From: an uncultured Bacteroidota bacterium
Lineage (GTDB): Bacteria > Bacteroidota > Bacteroidia > Chitinophagales > UBA2359
Direction of reading: 5' to 3'
DNA length: 64,000 bases
NCBI GenBank assembly: GCA_937907475.1
Contig: CALCIK010000228.1
Coordinates: 5,050-69,049, forward strand
The notes beneath the pieces were generated by a model. It worked only from the letters and a program-made list of their open reading frames with translations. It did not search any database and had not been told where the DNA came from. The translations under genes were made by a program, and so were the position numbers. Of the stretch, positions 46,836 through 57,120 are shown one piece after another (the first letter of the stretch is position 1; each line of letters begins with the position of its first letter).

Positions 46836-48014
46836 ATGAGTATGTTAAAGGCTATTGCCAATTACAAAAGTCAAATAGCACTGCCTGCCATTAGTGGCGG
46901 TAATTTAAAAGCCCTGTTTAAAACCATCAGACAGGGAAGGGTGTCTCCAAACTTTTATGGAAGAACTGTTGCTTCCTTTTTCATGAGTGCTATAACACAA
47001 CCTTTCAGATTTATAGAGCGAATGCGCTATAATGCAGGTCTCGACCGCACACTTCTAAAAAATCCGCCTGTATTTATCATCGGTCATTGGCGAAGCGGCA
47101 CTACTCATTTGCACAATTTTATGGGACAAGACCCACAAATGGGGTACGTGTCCACCTATCATTCCGTTTTTCCCGAAATGCTGTTTGTACAGCCGGCAAG
47201 ATTTATATTTGAGAGCTTTATGCGTTTTGCACTACCCAAAAAACGGCAAGGCGATAATGTGGTGATGAATGCCGATTACCCACAGGAAGAAGAATTTGCA
47301 TTGGGCAATATACATGCCTTATGCTATTACAATTTTTGGTATTTCCCCAACAAAACGCTGGAGTTTTACCGCCGATATATAGACTTTGAAGGCATCAGCG
47401 ATGAAGATTTGCGAACATGGAAAATAGAATACGAGCGGCTCATCAAAAAAGCATTAATCAATACCAAGGGAGATCGCTTTGTGTCGAAAAACCCGCCCAA
47501 TACCGGCAGGATTAAATTGCTGTTGGAACTTTTCCCAAACGCTAAGTTCATTCACATTCACCGCAACCCTATTGAGGTGTTTTTGTCAACCAAAAAGTTT
47601 ATTACCAGCATGATGCCCAGCCTTCAGCTGGACGATTCGAGTGACGAAATGATTACCAACAATATATTTGAGGTGTATAAAAAAATAATGCCCAAGTATT
47701 TAGAAACGCGCTCGTTGATTCCTGCCGGCCAGTTGTCGGAGGTTTGTTTTGACACGTTAGAACAAGACCCCTTATCGGAACTGCACCGCATCTATACGGA
47801 ACTAAACCTGCCGGGGTTTGAACAAGCGGCCCCCTTGTTTTCCCATTACGCCGCCCAACAAAAGAGTTACCAGAAAAACCTTTTTTATATAGACCCCGCA
47901 CTTTTAAATCGCATTCTGAACGAATGGGGCTTTGCGATGAAGGAATGGGACTATCAAGTACCTACGCATATTGAGGTAAAACAAGAGGTTGGTGCCCTTA
48001 CCACAGTTGGTTAG
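46836..48014 (+). CDS. PAPS-dependent sulfotransferase
   Basis: 5'-PSB PVFIIGHWRSGTTHLH; KNPPNTGRI; FIHIHRNP.EVF.S. Confidence 0.9.
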   Translation: MSMLKAIANYKSQIALPAISGGNLKALFKTIRQGRVSPNFYGRTVASFFMSAITQPFRFIERMRYNAGLDRTLLKNPPVFIIGHWRSGTTHLHNFMGQDPQMGYVSTYHSVFPEMLFVQPARFIFESFMRFALPKKRQGDNVVMNADYPQEEEFALGNIHALCYYNFWYFPNKTLEFYRRYIDFEGISDEDLRTWKIEYERLIKKALINTKGDRFVSKNPPNTGRIKLLLELFPNAKFIHIHRNPIEVFLSTKKFITSMMPSLQLDDSSDEMITNNIFEVYKKIMPKYLETRSLIPAGQLSEVCFDTLEQDPLSELHRIYTELNLPGFEQAAPLFSHYAAQQKSYQKNLFYIDPALLNRILNEWGFAMKEWDYQVPTHIEVKQEVGALTTVG

Positions 48015-48016
48015 CA

Positions 48017-49681
48017 CTATGACCCACTGAATTGGCGCGCACGCTCTAATGCTTCGGCAATCGTTGTGCAGATATTGTTTTCACCAAGAATTTCCTCCAA
48101 GCCGGCTTTGGCAATCACCGACATCGGTTGGTCATTGACTTCGGTTAAGATAATCTGTATTTGTTCGGTCTTCGATTTTTTGCACAAACTTCGCAGGTTA
48201 TTTAACCCCGTTGAGTCAATAAAAGGCACTTTCGACATGCGGATGATTCGCACTTTGGGACGGCGGCCTCCTACCCTACGCAGGGCTTCGTCAAACTTGT
48301 TGGCGGCACCGAAGAAAAACGGTCCGTTAATTTCATATACTTCAGTGTTAGGTGGCAGAATTAACCCGAGGTTATCATCGGTATCTTTTACCTCATCGGC
48401 AAGATCCCCGTCAAACTGATTTTTAATCACTTGAATTTCAGAGGTCTCGGCAGTCCGTTTGACAAACAATACCATAGCCATCAACACCCCTACTTGAATG
48501 GCTACGGTTAAGTCTATCACTACAGTCAAAAAAAACGTGCTCAATAATACCAACACATCGCTTTTGGGGTGCGAAAGCAAGTTTTTAAAAGACCGCCATT
48601 CGCTCATGTTATAGGCCACAACTACCAACACTCCTGCCAAGCAAGGCATCGGGATAAGACGTGCCCATTTACCTAAAAACAGCATGATAAACAAAAGGGT
48701 AATGGCATGAACAATGCCCGCTATGGGCGTGCGCCCGCCGTTTTTAATGTTGGTCATTGTTCGGGCAATCGCTCCGGTAGCGGGAATGCCGCCTACAAAA
48801 GGCACGACCATATTAGCCACTCCTTGCGCCACCAACTCCATATTCGAGCGGTGATTACCCCCGATAATGCCATCGGCAACCATCGCAGAAAGCAGCGACT
48901 CAATGGCCCCCAACAAGGCAATGGTAAAGGCGGGCTGAATGAGCGATTTCAATACTTCAAAACTCTCTACCGATGGAAACCGAAAGGCAGGAAGTTCGCC
49001 CGATATTTGTCCAAAACGACTGCCGATGGTTTCTACAGGAATATTCCATATAAGGGTAGCAATAGTGGTGAGCAATATGGCTACCAACGAACCGGGAATG
49101 GTGCGGTTAATGCGTGGAAAATAAATAATCAGCAGTACCGACACCACCGCCATGCCGAAAGCATACCAATTTATGCTGCCTATATGTTGAACGTATAATA
49201 TCCATTTGTCAAAAAAATCGGCAGGCACTTTATCAATCGGCAAGCCCAAAAAGTCTTTTACCTGTGACGAAAAAATGACCACGGCTATACCACTTGTAAA
49301 ACCGACTATGACGGGATAGGGCATAAATTTAATGATAGAACCCAGTTTAAATAACCCCATCAGCACCAACATCACTCCGGCCATAAAGGTAGCTACCAAC
49401 AATCCGTCTATGCCGAATTTTTCTACAATGCCATACAAGACAACGATAAAAGCACCGGTAGGCCCGCCAATCTGTACACGACTACCGCCCAGCAAAGAAA
49501 TGATAAATCCGGCAACAACAGCAGTAATCAACCCGCTTTGAGGCGATACGCCCGAAGCTATCCCAAAGGCAATCGCCAATGGTAATGCCACTATGCCGAC
49601 AATGATACCCGCAATCAGGTCGGCAGTAAACTGCTTGCGGTTGTAGTTTTTGAGGGTGGTAATAATCTTGGGTTGCAACAT
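48017..49681 (-). CDS. sulP: SulP-family sulfate/anion permease with a STAS domain
   Basis: GIVALPLAIAF, GGPTGAF, ESLLSAMVAD, GAIART; STAS INGPFFFGAA...IDSTG. Confidence 0.93.
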   Translation of the reverse strand: MLQPKIITTLKNYNRKQFTADLIAGIIVGIVALPLAIAFGIASGVSPQSGLITAVVAGFIISLLGGSRVQIGGPTGAFIVVLYGIVEKFGIDGLLVATFMAGVMLVLMGLFKLGSIIKFMPYPVIVGFTSGIAVVIFSSQVKDFLGLPIDKVPADFFDKWILYVQHIGSINWYAFGMAVVSVLLIIYFPRINRTIPGSLVAILLTTIATLIWNIPVETIGSRFGQISGELPAFRFPSVESFEVLKSLIQPAFTIALLGAIESLLSAMVADGIIGGNHRSNMELVAQGVANMVVPFVGGIPATGAIARTMTNIKNGGRTPIAGIVHAITLLFIMLFLGKWARLIPMPCLAGVLVVVAYNMSEWRSFKNLLSHPKSDVLVLLSTFFLTVVIDLTVAIQVGVLMAMVLFVKRTAETSEIQVIKNQFDGDLADEVKDTDDNLGLILPPNTEVYEINGPFFFGAANKFDEALRRVGGRRPKVRIIRMSKVPFIDSTGLNNLRSLCKKSKTEQIQIILTEVNDQPMSVIAKAGLEEILGENNICTTIAEALERARQFSGS

Positions 49682-49940
49682 ATTAGAGGTGTTTGGTCAT
49701 ACGGTCGCAAAATTACTTCAAATACCAACTCCAAATCGGAAACTTTTACCAACGTCTAATAATATACCGGCCATTGTCAATCTATACCGCCACTAAAAAA
49801 AGCGGGTTAGCTTCAATCCCTTTTCTCCCACAAGCGTATAGGGACTAAGAACACCACCAATATTCAATATAAAGTAGTAACTTTGCAGGCTTTTAAAGGT
49901 GCTGCTCAAGCCCCGATTATACCAAAATCAAGTTGAAATT

Positions 49941-50450
49941 ATGAAATTTAAAGACATCGTATCCATCAGCCAACTACCCGGACTATTTGAAATGATATCC
50001 TCCAAGCCAAACGGGGCAGTTGTTCGCTCCCTGCAAGACGGGAAAACTCAATTTGTATCTAGCCGAGTCCATAATTTTTCGCCATTAGATAAAATATCTG
50101 TTTATACCACCGATACCGACAGCGAACTTCTAGAAGTGGTTATCAAAAACATACAACAATACGAAGCCGACAACTCCGGAGCAACCTTGCCAACCCCTAA
50201 AGATGCTCCCGATTCGCTGCGCAATTTTTTAACCACTGTTTTACCAAACGCCGATCATGAGCGTATCTATGTGAGCGACATTCAAAAACTACTCCGATGG
50301 TATGTTTTACTCAAAACCGTTGAGTTGGAATTTGAAGTGAAGGAAGACAGCACCGATGATGCCTTACCCACTGATATGGAGGAGGAAACAGAAAACCTCA
50401 CCGATGCCCCGATAGAAACGGAGCAGAGCGAACCAGACAACAAAGAGTAG
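49941..50450 (+). CDS. DUF5606-like conserved Bacteroidota protein
   Basis: IVSISQLPGLFEM, ERIYVSDIQKLLRWY; start moved to ATG 49941 after TAACTTTG at 49878. Confidence 0.75.
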   Translation: MKFKDIVSISQLPGLFEMISSKPNGAVVRSLQDGKTQFVSSRVHNFSPLDKISVYTTDTDSELLEVVIKNIQQYEADNSGATLPTPKDAPDSLRNFLTTVLPNADHERIYVSDIQKLLRWYVLLKTVELEFEVKEDSTDDALPTDMEEETENLTDAPIETEQSEPDNKE

Positions 50451-50624
50451 CCTAACAATAGCAATGACTATTGAAGGAATGTTTTTTATGGCAAAAAGCG
50501 TGATTAGCTTTTGACCTATTCTTCCCGTCTTTATTTATTTACAATAGAAAGGGGTAAATATCAAAAAGGTCTATATACCTTTGCAACCTTATTTTGCATT
50601 TATCTTCACCAATCTCCTTTGTAA

Positions 50625-52520
50625 ATGTTGGAGTGGTCTGCTTTTCCCGGAAAAGCCAAAAGTGTCATTACACAATTTAGGAAACTAATTACCCGCTTAG
50701 TAGATGCTACTTTGCTGTGGATAAGCCTTACCGCCCTTCTGCTCGCAATTTACGATATAGGATTTACCAACCTGCCCGAAACTAAAGCGCAGTTTTTTAC
50801 GGCCTATATCGTCTTTATAGCCATCTTTTTCATTGCTTTCTTATTTCGCAACTTGTTGACCTTTGTCGGCAAATCCTTTACTTTTAAGGACAATTGGGGG
50901 CAATTAGGCTTGTTGTTGCTCAGTCTGTTGTTTTTATTAGGCGTTCTGTTTTGGCCGAGTTTGTTTAAATCTTACCATCAGGATGTAGATGCAATGCTGA
51001 CCAATGCTTTGATTTATATCATTATCCTATTGGTATTTATTGAAGAAATTTCTAACCGAAGTGCCAACATACACTTGATAGCCAGCAATCCGGCCATCAT
51101 TTTATCTATTAGTTTTGCCTTCATTATTTTTATTGGGGCTTTGTTGTTGATGCTCCCCAATGCCTCGGCAGACGTTATGAGTACGACCGGCAAACGCCTG
51201 ACGTTTGTAGATGCCTTGTTTACCTCCACCAGTGCTGTATGTGTAACAGGTCTGATTGTCGTAGATACCGCCCATGATTTTACCCGTTTGGGGCAAATTA
51301 TTATTATGATCTTGATACAGATCGGCGGGCTGGGAATTATGACCTTTACCAACTTTTTCGCCTTTTTCTTCAAAGGGGCAAGTTCGTTTCAAAACCAACT
51401 GTTGGTCAAAGACCTGATTAATGCAGACCAAATAGGTCAGGTTTTTAAAACCCTCATCAAGATTATTGTTGTAACCTTTAGCATTGAAATTATTGGTGCA
51501 ATGTTTATATTTTTCAGCATAGACACTACGACTATGCCTTCCTTGAATGAAAGATTGTTTTTTGCTGTTTTCCATTCCGTATCGGCATTTTGCAATGCCG
51601 GCTTTTCTACATTTACCTCCGGACTGTATGAAGAGCCTATCAGATATAACTACAATATACATTTGATCGTAGCCATGCTCATCATTTTGGGGGGGATTGG
51701 TTTTGTGATTTTGTTTGACTATTACACCTACCTCAAAAACATTATAAAAGATAAACTTTACCGCTTTCTTAAATCAGAACGTTATTACTACACCCGACCG
51801 GTGGTATCGCTCAATACCAAAATAGTCGTTTACACAACGCTTATTTTACTCATTGTTGGGACGCTTTTGTATGGCTTTTTTGAGTATGATCATTCCCTTG
51901 CAGAACACCCAAGTTGGTGGGGGAAAGCAGTAACGTCCTTTTTTGGGTCGGTAACCCCTCGTACTGCTGGTTTTAATTCGGTAAACATGTCCTTACTGGC
52001 AGCACCTACTATTATGATTTACCTGCTGTTGATGTGGATTGGTGCTTCTCCCGGATCAACGGGCGGCGGGATTAAAACAACTACCTTTGCCATTGGTACG
52101 CTCAACTTTATCAGTGTAGCACGAGGTAAAAAGCAAATTGAAATCGGTTGGAAAGAAGTGCCCGGCGAAGCAGTACGTCGGTCGTTTGCCATTATCGCTT
52201 TGTCGTTGATTGTCATCGGGCTTTCGGTCTTTTTCGTTACCTATTTTGAAGAAAACAATCAAGGTATTATGACCGTAAACAATAACGAAACATTGGTCAA
52301 TATCGCTTTCGAATGTTTTTCGGCATTCGGCACTGTAGGACTTAGTTTGGGAATTACCGCTAAACTAACTGCGGCAAGTAAGATCGTGCTCATCATTACC
52401 ATGTTTATCGGCAGGGTAGGTACGCTTACCCTGCTTATCGGACTTATCAATGTGCTTGCAATTATGCCTTCTAAAGGCAATTTATACCAATATCCAAAAG
52501 AGGAGATTTTTATATCTTAA
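50625..52520 (+). CDS. ktrB: Trk/Ktr potassium uptake membrane subunit
   Basis: TSAVCVTGL, SAFCNAGF, TPRTAGF, SAFGTVGLSLG pore motifs. Confidence 0.9.
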   Translation: MLEWSAFPGKAKSVITQFRKLITRLVDATLLWISLTALLLAIYDIGFTNLPETKAQFFTAYIVFIAIFFIAFLFRNLLTFVGKSFTFKDNWGQLGLLLLSLLFLLGVLFWPSLFKSYHQDVDAMLTNALIYIIILLVFIEEISNRSANIHLIASNPAIILSISFAFIIFIGALLLMLPNASADVMSTTGKRLTFVDALFTSTSAVCVTGLIVVDTAHDFTRLGQIIIMILIQIGGLGIMTFTNFFAFFFKGASSFQNQLLVKDLINADQIGQVFKTLIKIIVVTFSIEIIGAMFIFFSIDTTTMPSLNERLFFAVFHSVSAFCNAGFSTFTSGLYEEPIRYNYNIHLIVAMLIILGGIGFVILFDYYTYLKNIIKDKLYRFLKSERYYYTRPVVSLNTKIVVYTTLILLIVGTLLYGFFEYDHSLAEHPSWWGKAVTSFFGSVTPRTAGFNSVNMSLLAAPTIMIYLLLMWIGASPGSTGGGIKTTTFAIGTLNFISVARGKKQIEIGWKEVPGEAVRRSFAIIALSLIVIGLSVFFVTYFEENNQGIMTVNNNETLVNIAFECFSAFGTVGLSLGITAKLTAASKIVLIITMFIGRVGTLTLLIGLINVLAIMPSKGNLYQYPKEEIFIS

Positions 52521-52672
52521 CGAGTGTCTGATAGTATGAAGAAGGTATAGGGCATCGTAAAACGCCGGAAACAACGGTTTTCAAGTTTATAAAAAAGATT
52601 TCACTAACTTTGACTACCTGCTGACGACAATCAAGGGACAAGTTTTTTAACATTCTCAAATACAAATACCCG

Positions 52673-53362
52673 ATGAAATTTATAGTAGTGGGATTAGGTA
52701 ATTTTGGCGCTTCGTTGGCACTTAAACTGACCGAAATGGGGCACGAGGTAATAGGTGTAGATAATTCTATGGCTAAAGTTTCGCTGCTGAGGGATTCGAT
52801 TACCCATACCGTTTGTTTAGATTCTACCGATGTTCAGGCGGTAGGAACGCTTCCACTGCGCGAAACCGATGTGGCGATTGTAGCCATTGGGGAAGATGTG
52901 GGGGCTTCTATTATGGCAACTGCTGTTTTAAAACAATTAAAAGTAAAACGGGTGATCGGCAGGGCAATTTCCCCCTTGCACGAAACCGTCTTGGGAGCGA
53001 TGGGCATTACCGATGTGGTTCACCCCGAAGCCGAAACCGCCGAACGATTGGCCAAAAAATTAGACATCAAAGGAATTATCGACTCCTTCAACCTGACCGA
53101 CCGATACAATATCATCGAAGCCACCGTACCCAACCGTTATGTCGGGCAAACCATCGGCGAGGTCAATTTCAGAAACAAATACAATGTTGTCATCCTGACC
53201 ATCATCCGAAAAACCGAGCAGAAAAACATGCTCGGAGTTGTACACAAAGTCAGCGAAGTAATAGGAGTGGCAGCACCCGAAATGCGGTTTGAACAAGACG
53301 ACGTGTTGGTGCTGTTCGGCAACATCAAGGACATTCAACGAATACTTGCTGAGGATGGTTAA
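52673..53362 (+). CDS. ktrA: Trk/Ktr potassium uptake RCK subunit
   Basis: VVGLGNFG Rossmann fold, VVHPEAETAERLA, TrkA-C domain. Confidence 0.92.
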   Translation: MKFIVVGLGNFGASLALKLTEMGHEVIGVDNSMAKVSLLRDSITHTVCLDSTDVQAVGTLPLRETDVAIVAIGEDVGASIMATAVLKQLKVKRVIGRAISPLHETVLGAMGITDVVHPEAETAERLAKKLDIKGIIDSFNLTDRYNIIEATVPNRYVGQTIGEVNFRNKYNVVILTIIRKTEQKNMLGVVHKVSEVIGVAAPEMRFEQDDVLVLFGNIKDIQRILAEDG

Positions 53363-53552
53363 CCGGTAATGATTATGTGCTGGAAATTCGGTAGCAATAG
53401 TTCGATAAAAAATATCGAAGCAAAAGATTCTAAGATAAGAGTTCTAAGACATTGGGGTGATTTTTTTATAACTCACCACAATTAGCAGAGATGTCAAAAA
53501 TACGGTCATTCCAAAATTGATTGTGTAGCCTTGTTTTGTTACAGCATTTATT

Positions 53553-53583
53553 AAGGAGCCTTCGCTTAAAGCGAAGGCTCCTT
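53553..53583. terminator. Bidirectional intrinsic terminator
   Basis: aaggagccttcgct-taa-agcgaaggctcctt followed by a T run; lies between convergent genes. Confidence 0.88.
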
Positions 53584-53633
53584 TTTTCCAAACCTAAATA
53601 ACTCAACGAACTATTGCTTTATCCGACAGTTGC

Positions 53634-54806
53634 TTAATCAGCTTTCCCTTCATCCTTCTCCTCAACAGCTTCCTCTAACGCAGCAGCCCCTCCTTCGCTC
53701 TGCTCGACAGATTGTATAAAATGTTGGTAGTAACCGAGGATGACAGAGGTAAGGGGTAGGGCGATGATTAAACCCAAAATTCCCAACAGTTTGCCCCAAA
53801 CGGAAAGCGATAACAAGATAATGGCGGGGTTCAATCCGGTGGCATTGCCCATGATTTTGGGAACAAGGATGACATCTTGAATGATTTGCACAACGACTTG
53901 TACCAACAATACTAAGCCCATCATCACCCAAAAGCTGCCCCCGGTTTCTAAAGAGTAGAGCAAAGCAAAAAACGATGCCGGAATAAACCCTACAATCTGT
54001 AGATACGGCACCAAGTTGAGCATTCCTATAAACAAGCCCAACGCAATTCCCATGGGTAGCCCGATGATTGAAAAACCGGTAGCGATTAAAATGCCTACGA
54101 TGAGTGCAATAGATGCCTGTGCCCGGAAATAGGTATTCATCGAACGTTCTGTGTCGCTGACCACATCCACCACCACTGCGCGGTATTGCGGGGGGATAAG
54201 CGTTTTCCAATGATGGGAGATTAAATCGTAGTCTTTTAAAATGAAGATAAGGTAAAGTCCGATGATGGTAATCCCTAAAATGGTAATCAACACACTCACC
54301 GAGCCAGAAAACACCCCCCATGCACTGGGTAAAATCTTTTGTGCCAACATGTCAATAGTGGTTTCCAAGTTTTCAAATTTTAGAAACTCCTCAATGTTGA
54401 TGTTTTGGGTAAATTCATCAATTTTATCTTGTAAGCCTTTGGGGAAATATGATTCAAATTTGTACCTCAATGCACTGTTGTTGACATATTCACCGGCTAA
54501 CACACCTATATGTTTTGCATCGCGAACTAATCGGGGAATCAATAGGGTAAGCAAAAAGGTTAAGGAACCAAAAACCAACAACAAGGTGATGACCACCGAG
54601 ATTAATCGGTTTTTTACCCGCAGTTTGTTTTGAATAAAAACAACCAAGGGATTGAGTAAATAGGCTAAGACCAACGCCACTGCAAAAGGAATCAGTACGT
54701 CGCTTAGGTAGTTTAGCAATTGAAGGGTGCCCCAAAAAAGGGCCACAAAAATGACAAGTCGTACTGTGCGGTCAAAGGTATAGGGTTTGTTGGTGTTAAA
54801 AGGCAT
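53634..54806 (-). CDS. AI-2E (PerM) family transporter
   Basis: LAYLLNPLV, YFRAQ, GMLNLVPYL, PKIMGNATGLNP, GLIIALPL. Confidence 0.9.
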   Translation of the reverse strand: MPFNTNKPYTFDRTVRLVIFVALFWGTLQLLNYLSDVLIPFAVALVLAYLLNPLVVFIQNKLRVKNRLISVVITLLLVFGSLTFLLTLLIPRLVRDAKHIGVLAGEYVNNSALRYKFESYFPKGLQDKIDEFTQNINIEEFLKFENLETTIDMLAQKILPSAWGVFSGSVSVLITILGITIIGLYLIFILKDYDLISHHWKTLIPPQYRAVVVDVVSDTERSMNTYFRAQASIALIVGILIATGFSIIGLPMGIALGLFIGMLNLVPYLQIVGFIPASFFALLYSLETGGSFWVMMGLVLLVQVVVQIIQDVILVPKIMGNATGLNPAIILLSLSVWGKLLGILGLIIALPLTSVILGYYQHFIQSVEQSEGGAAALEEAVEEKDEGKAD

Positions 54807-55033
54807 AGGGTAGGCGTTGAATAGCGTATGAATAATCCATGAAAAGTTGAGAGATATTAGCAAAGATATAACATCACCAAGTTCATTGTAATACTCCGTA
54901 AGATTTTTATCTCATCGGCTACAAATATAGTTCGCAATCAAATTGAACCCATCTGAAATGGGGGTAACTGCCGGTAATGTTTTCAGCGCAATCCTTCAAT
55001 TTGTTAGCTATTTGCAAAAAACGAAAAAAACTT

Positions 55034-55084
55034 TGGAAACTTTAGAACCTTTCGGCGTTTCCATCGTTTATGGTAGTATCTTTG
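55034..55084 (+). promoter_or_regulatory. Candidate TetR operator and -7 box
   Basis: TGGAAAC-N16-GTTTCCA inverted repeat followed by TATCTTTG (55077-55084). Confidence 0.55.
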
Positions 55085-55102
55085 CATCTCCTAACTTCAA
55101 TT

Positions 55103-55738
55103 ATGGACGAAACACTTAAAAAGATATTGCTTCAGGCATTCATCTTGTTTACTAAATATGGTATCCGCAACGTAAGTATGGACGACATAGCCGCACACCT
55201 GGGCGTATCAAAAAAAACCCTTTACCAACACATTGACAACAAAGCCGAGTTAATACACAAGGCAGTGGCAATGCACTTATCCAATGAGTGCGAAGTTACA
55301 AATGAACTTTTTGGCTCCGCAACGAATGCGATTGAAGAAATGTTGAGTATAGCCGATCATGTATGCAGACAGTTGAGCATGATGCACCCTTCGGCAATTT
55401 TCGAATTGAAAAAGTATTATCCCGAAAGTTGGGAACTGCTCGAAAACCACCGTAGTCAACATATTTATGGCAGTATTATTCAGAACATTACCAAAGGAAT
55501 TAAGCAGGGGCTGTACCGTTCCGATTTAAAGCCCGAACTGATAGCGCGGTTCTATATTGCCAAGTCAAGGATATTGGTGGGCGATGACTATTTTTCAAAA
55601 ACAGATTATCGTCCTGCAGAAATCATGTTAGAAATGATGCAATACCATATCTATGGCATTGCCACTCCTGAAGGAGTAGCTTACTTCCAGAAAAATGTCG
55701 AAAAAATTAAAACTCAAAAATATGTCCCGTATTCATAG
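55103..55738 (+). CDS. TetR/AcrR family regulator
   Basis: YGIRNVSMDDIAAHLGVSKKTLYQH HTH. Confidence 0.92.
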   Translation: MDETLKKILLQAFILFTKYGIRNVSMDDIAAHLGVSKKTLYQHIDNKAELIHKAVAMHLSNECEVTNELFGSATNAIEEMLSIADHVCRQLSMMHPSAIFELKKYYPESWELLENHRSQHIYGSIIQNITKGIKQGLYRSDLKPELIARFYIAKSRILVGDDYFSKTDYRPAEIMLEMMQYHIYGIATPEGVAYFQKNVEKIKTQKYVPYS

Positions 55739-57080
55739 AATATTACTAATCACCCTAACTGTTTTATTTACACTTCCCTCCGTCCTCTTTGCACAAAGCC
55801 CAACATCAGCCGATACTTTGCGTTTAAGTTTATCGGATGCCATCAACCGAGGGCTTCAAAACAATTTGACCAAGCAAAATGCAGCGTTAGATGTGCTTTC
55901 GGCACATAAGCAGGTCAATATATTGGTAGCAAGCGGGTTGCCGCAGGTAAATGCTACGATAAACTATAACCGTTATTTGCAATTGCCCGTCAGTTTGGTG
56001 CCGGCAGAGTTTTTTGGCGGCAACCCCGGTGAATTTGCAGAGCTTGCATTTGGAACAAACAATACTTTGGCGGTTGGCGGAACGGTCAACCAACTACTGT
56101 TTAGCGGAAGTTTTTTCATTGCTCTTAAAGCGACTCAAAGATTGATTGAACAGGCTGAACTGCAAGTAGAAGCATCCGACCTTCAAATTCGCGATGCCAT
56201 TACCCGTACATATTTCTCTGCACTCATTATTCAAGAGAACATTGCCATTTTTGAAAAAAATATAGCGGTGTTGGCGAAGGTATTGTATGAAACAACCGCC
56301 CTGTACAATGCCGGCTTTGTCGAAAACATTGATGTTGACAGGTTAACGTTGCAACTTGCCAATCTCAAAACCCAACAGAGTTCACTCAAACGGCAATTAG
56401 AGAGTGTTTACAACCTCATCAAACTTCAGTTGGTGATGGACTTTTCCCAGCCCATCGCCCTTAATCAATCGCTCAAAGAGTTTATTGACCTGAATAATGT
56501 TGCTTTGCAAATAGATTCGCTTTCGGTACAAAATCGCATAGAGTTAAAGCAGTTGTCCCTATCAGACCAACTCAATGACTTGGGTATCAAACAACTTAAT
56601 GCCACGCGATTACCTACGGTAACTGCTTTCTTGTCTTACGAGCGCAGGTTTCAAAGCAATGATTTTGATTTTTTTGCCGATAAATGGTTTCCCACCTCTA
56701 TTGCGGGACTGCAAGTAGCAGTACCCATCTTTGATGGTTTGAGCAGAAGGAACCAAGTCGCCCAACGCCTGATTAACAAAAAGAAAATTCAAAACGGCCG
56801 AAGTCAGTTGTTGCAAAGCATTGACTTGGAAGTGGCGCAAGCAAAAATTGCTTACCAAAACGCCTTGGAACAACTCAAAAGCCAAGAGGCAAACGTTGCA
56901 TTGGCTCAAAAAATTTACAACGTCAGTTTAGTAAAATATAAGGAGGGCATAGGGTCGAGCCTTGAACTGACCGATGCAGAATCCAAGTTATTTCAAAATC
57001 AAGGCTTATACCTTCAAGCCTTTTACAATTTGCTCATAGCACAAACCGACTTGCGCAAGTCTATGGGTATTTATTACTAA
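55722..57080 (+). CDS. TolC-family outer membrane efflux protein
   Basis: Signal peptide; LSLSDAINRGLQNN, VPIFDGL, YKEGIGSSLELTDAE. Confidence 0.92.
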   Translation: MSRIHRILLITLTVLFTLPSVLFAQSPTSADTLRLSLSDAINRGLQNNLTKQNAALDVLSAHKQVNILVASGLPQVNATINYNRYLQLPVSLVPAEFFGGNPGEFAELAFGTNNTLAVGGTVNQLLFSGSFFIALKATQRLIEQAELQVEASDLQIRDAITRTYFSALIIQENIAIFEKNIAVLAKVLYETTALYNAGFVENIDVDRLTLQLANLKTQQSSLKRQLESVYNLIKLQLVMDFSQPIALNQSLKEFIDLNNVALQIDSLSVQNRIELKQLSLSDQLNDLGIKQLNATRLPTVTAFLSYERRFQSNDFDFFADKWFPTSIAGLQVAVPIFDGLSRRNQVAQRLINKKKIQNGRSQLLQSIDLEVAQAKIAYQNALEQLKSQEANVALAQKIYNVSLVKYKEGIGSSLELTDAESKLFQNQGLYLQAFYNLLIAQTDLRKSMGIYY

Positions 57081-57120
57081 TCAACCTATCCAACACACAA
57101 AACACTACAAACGATATTTC

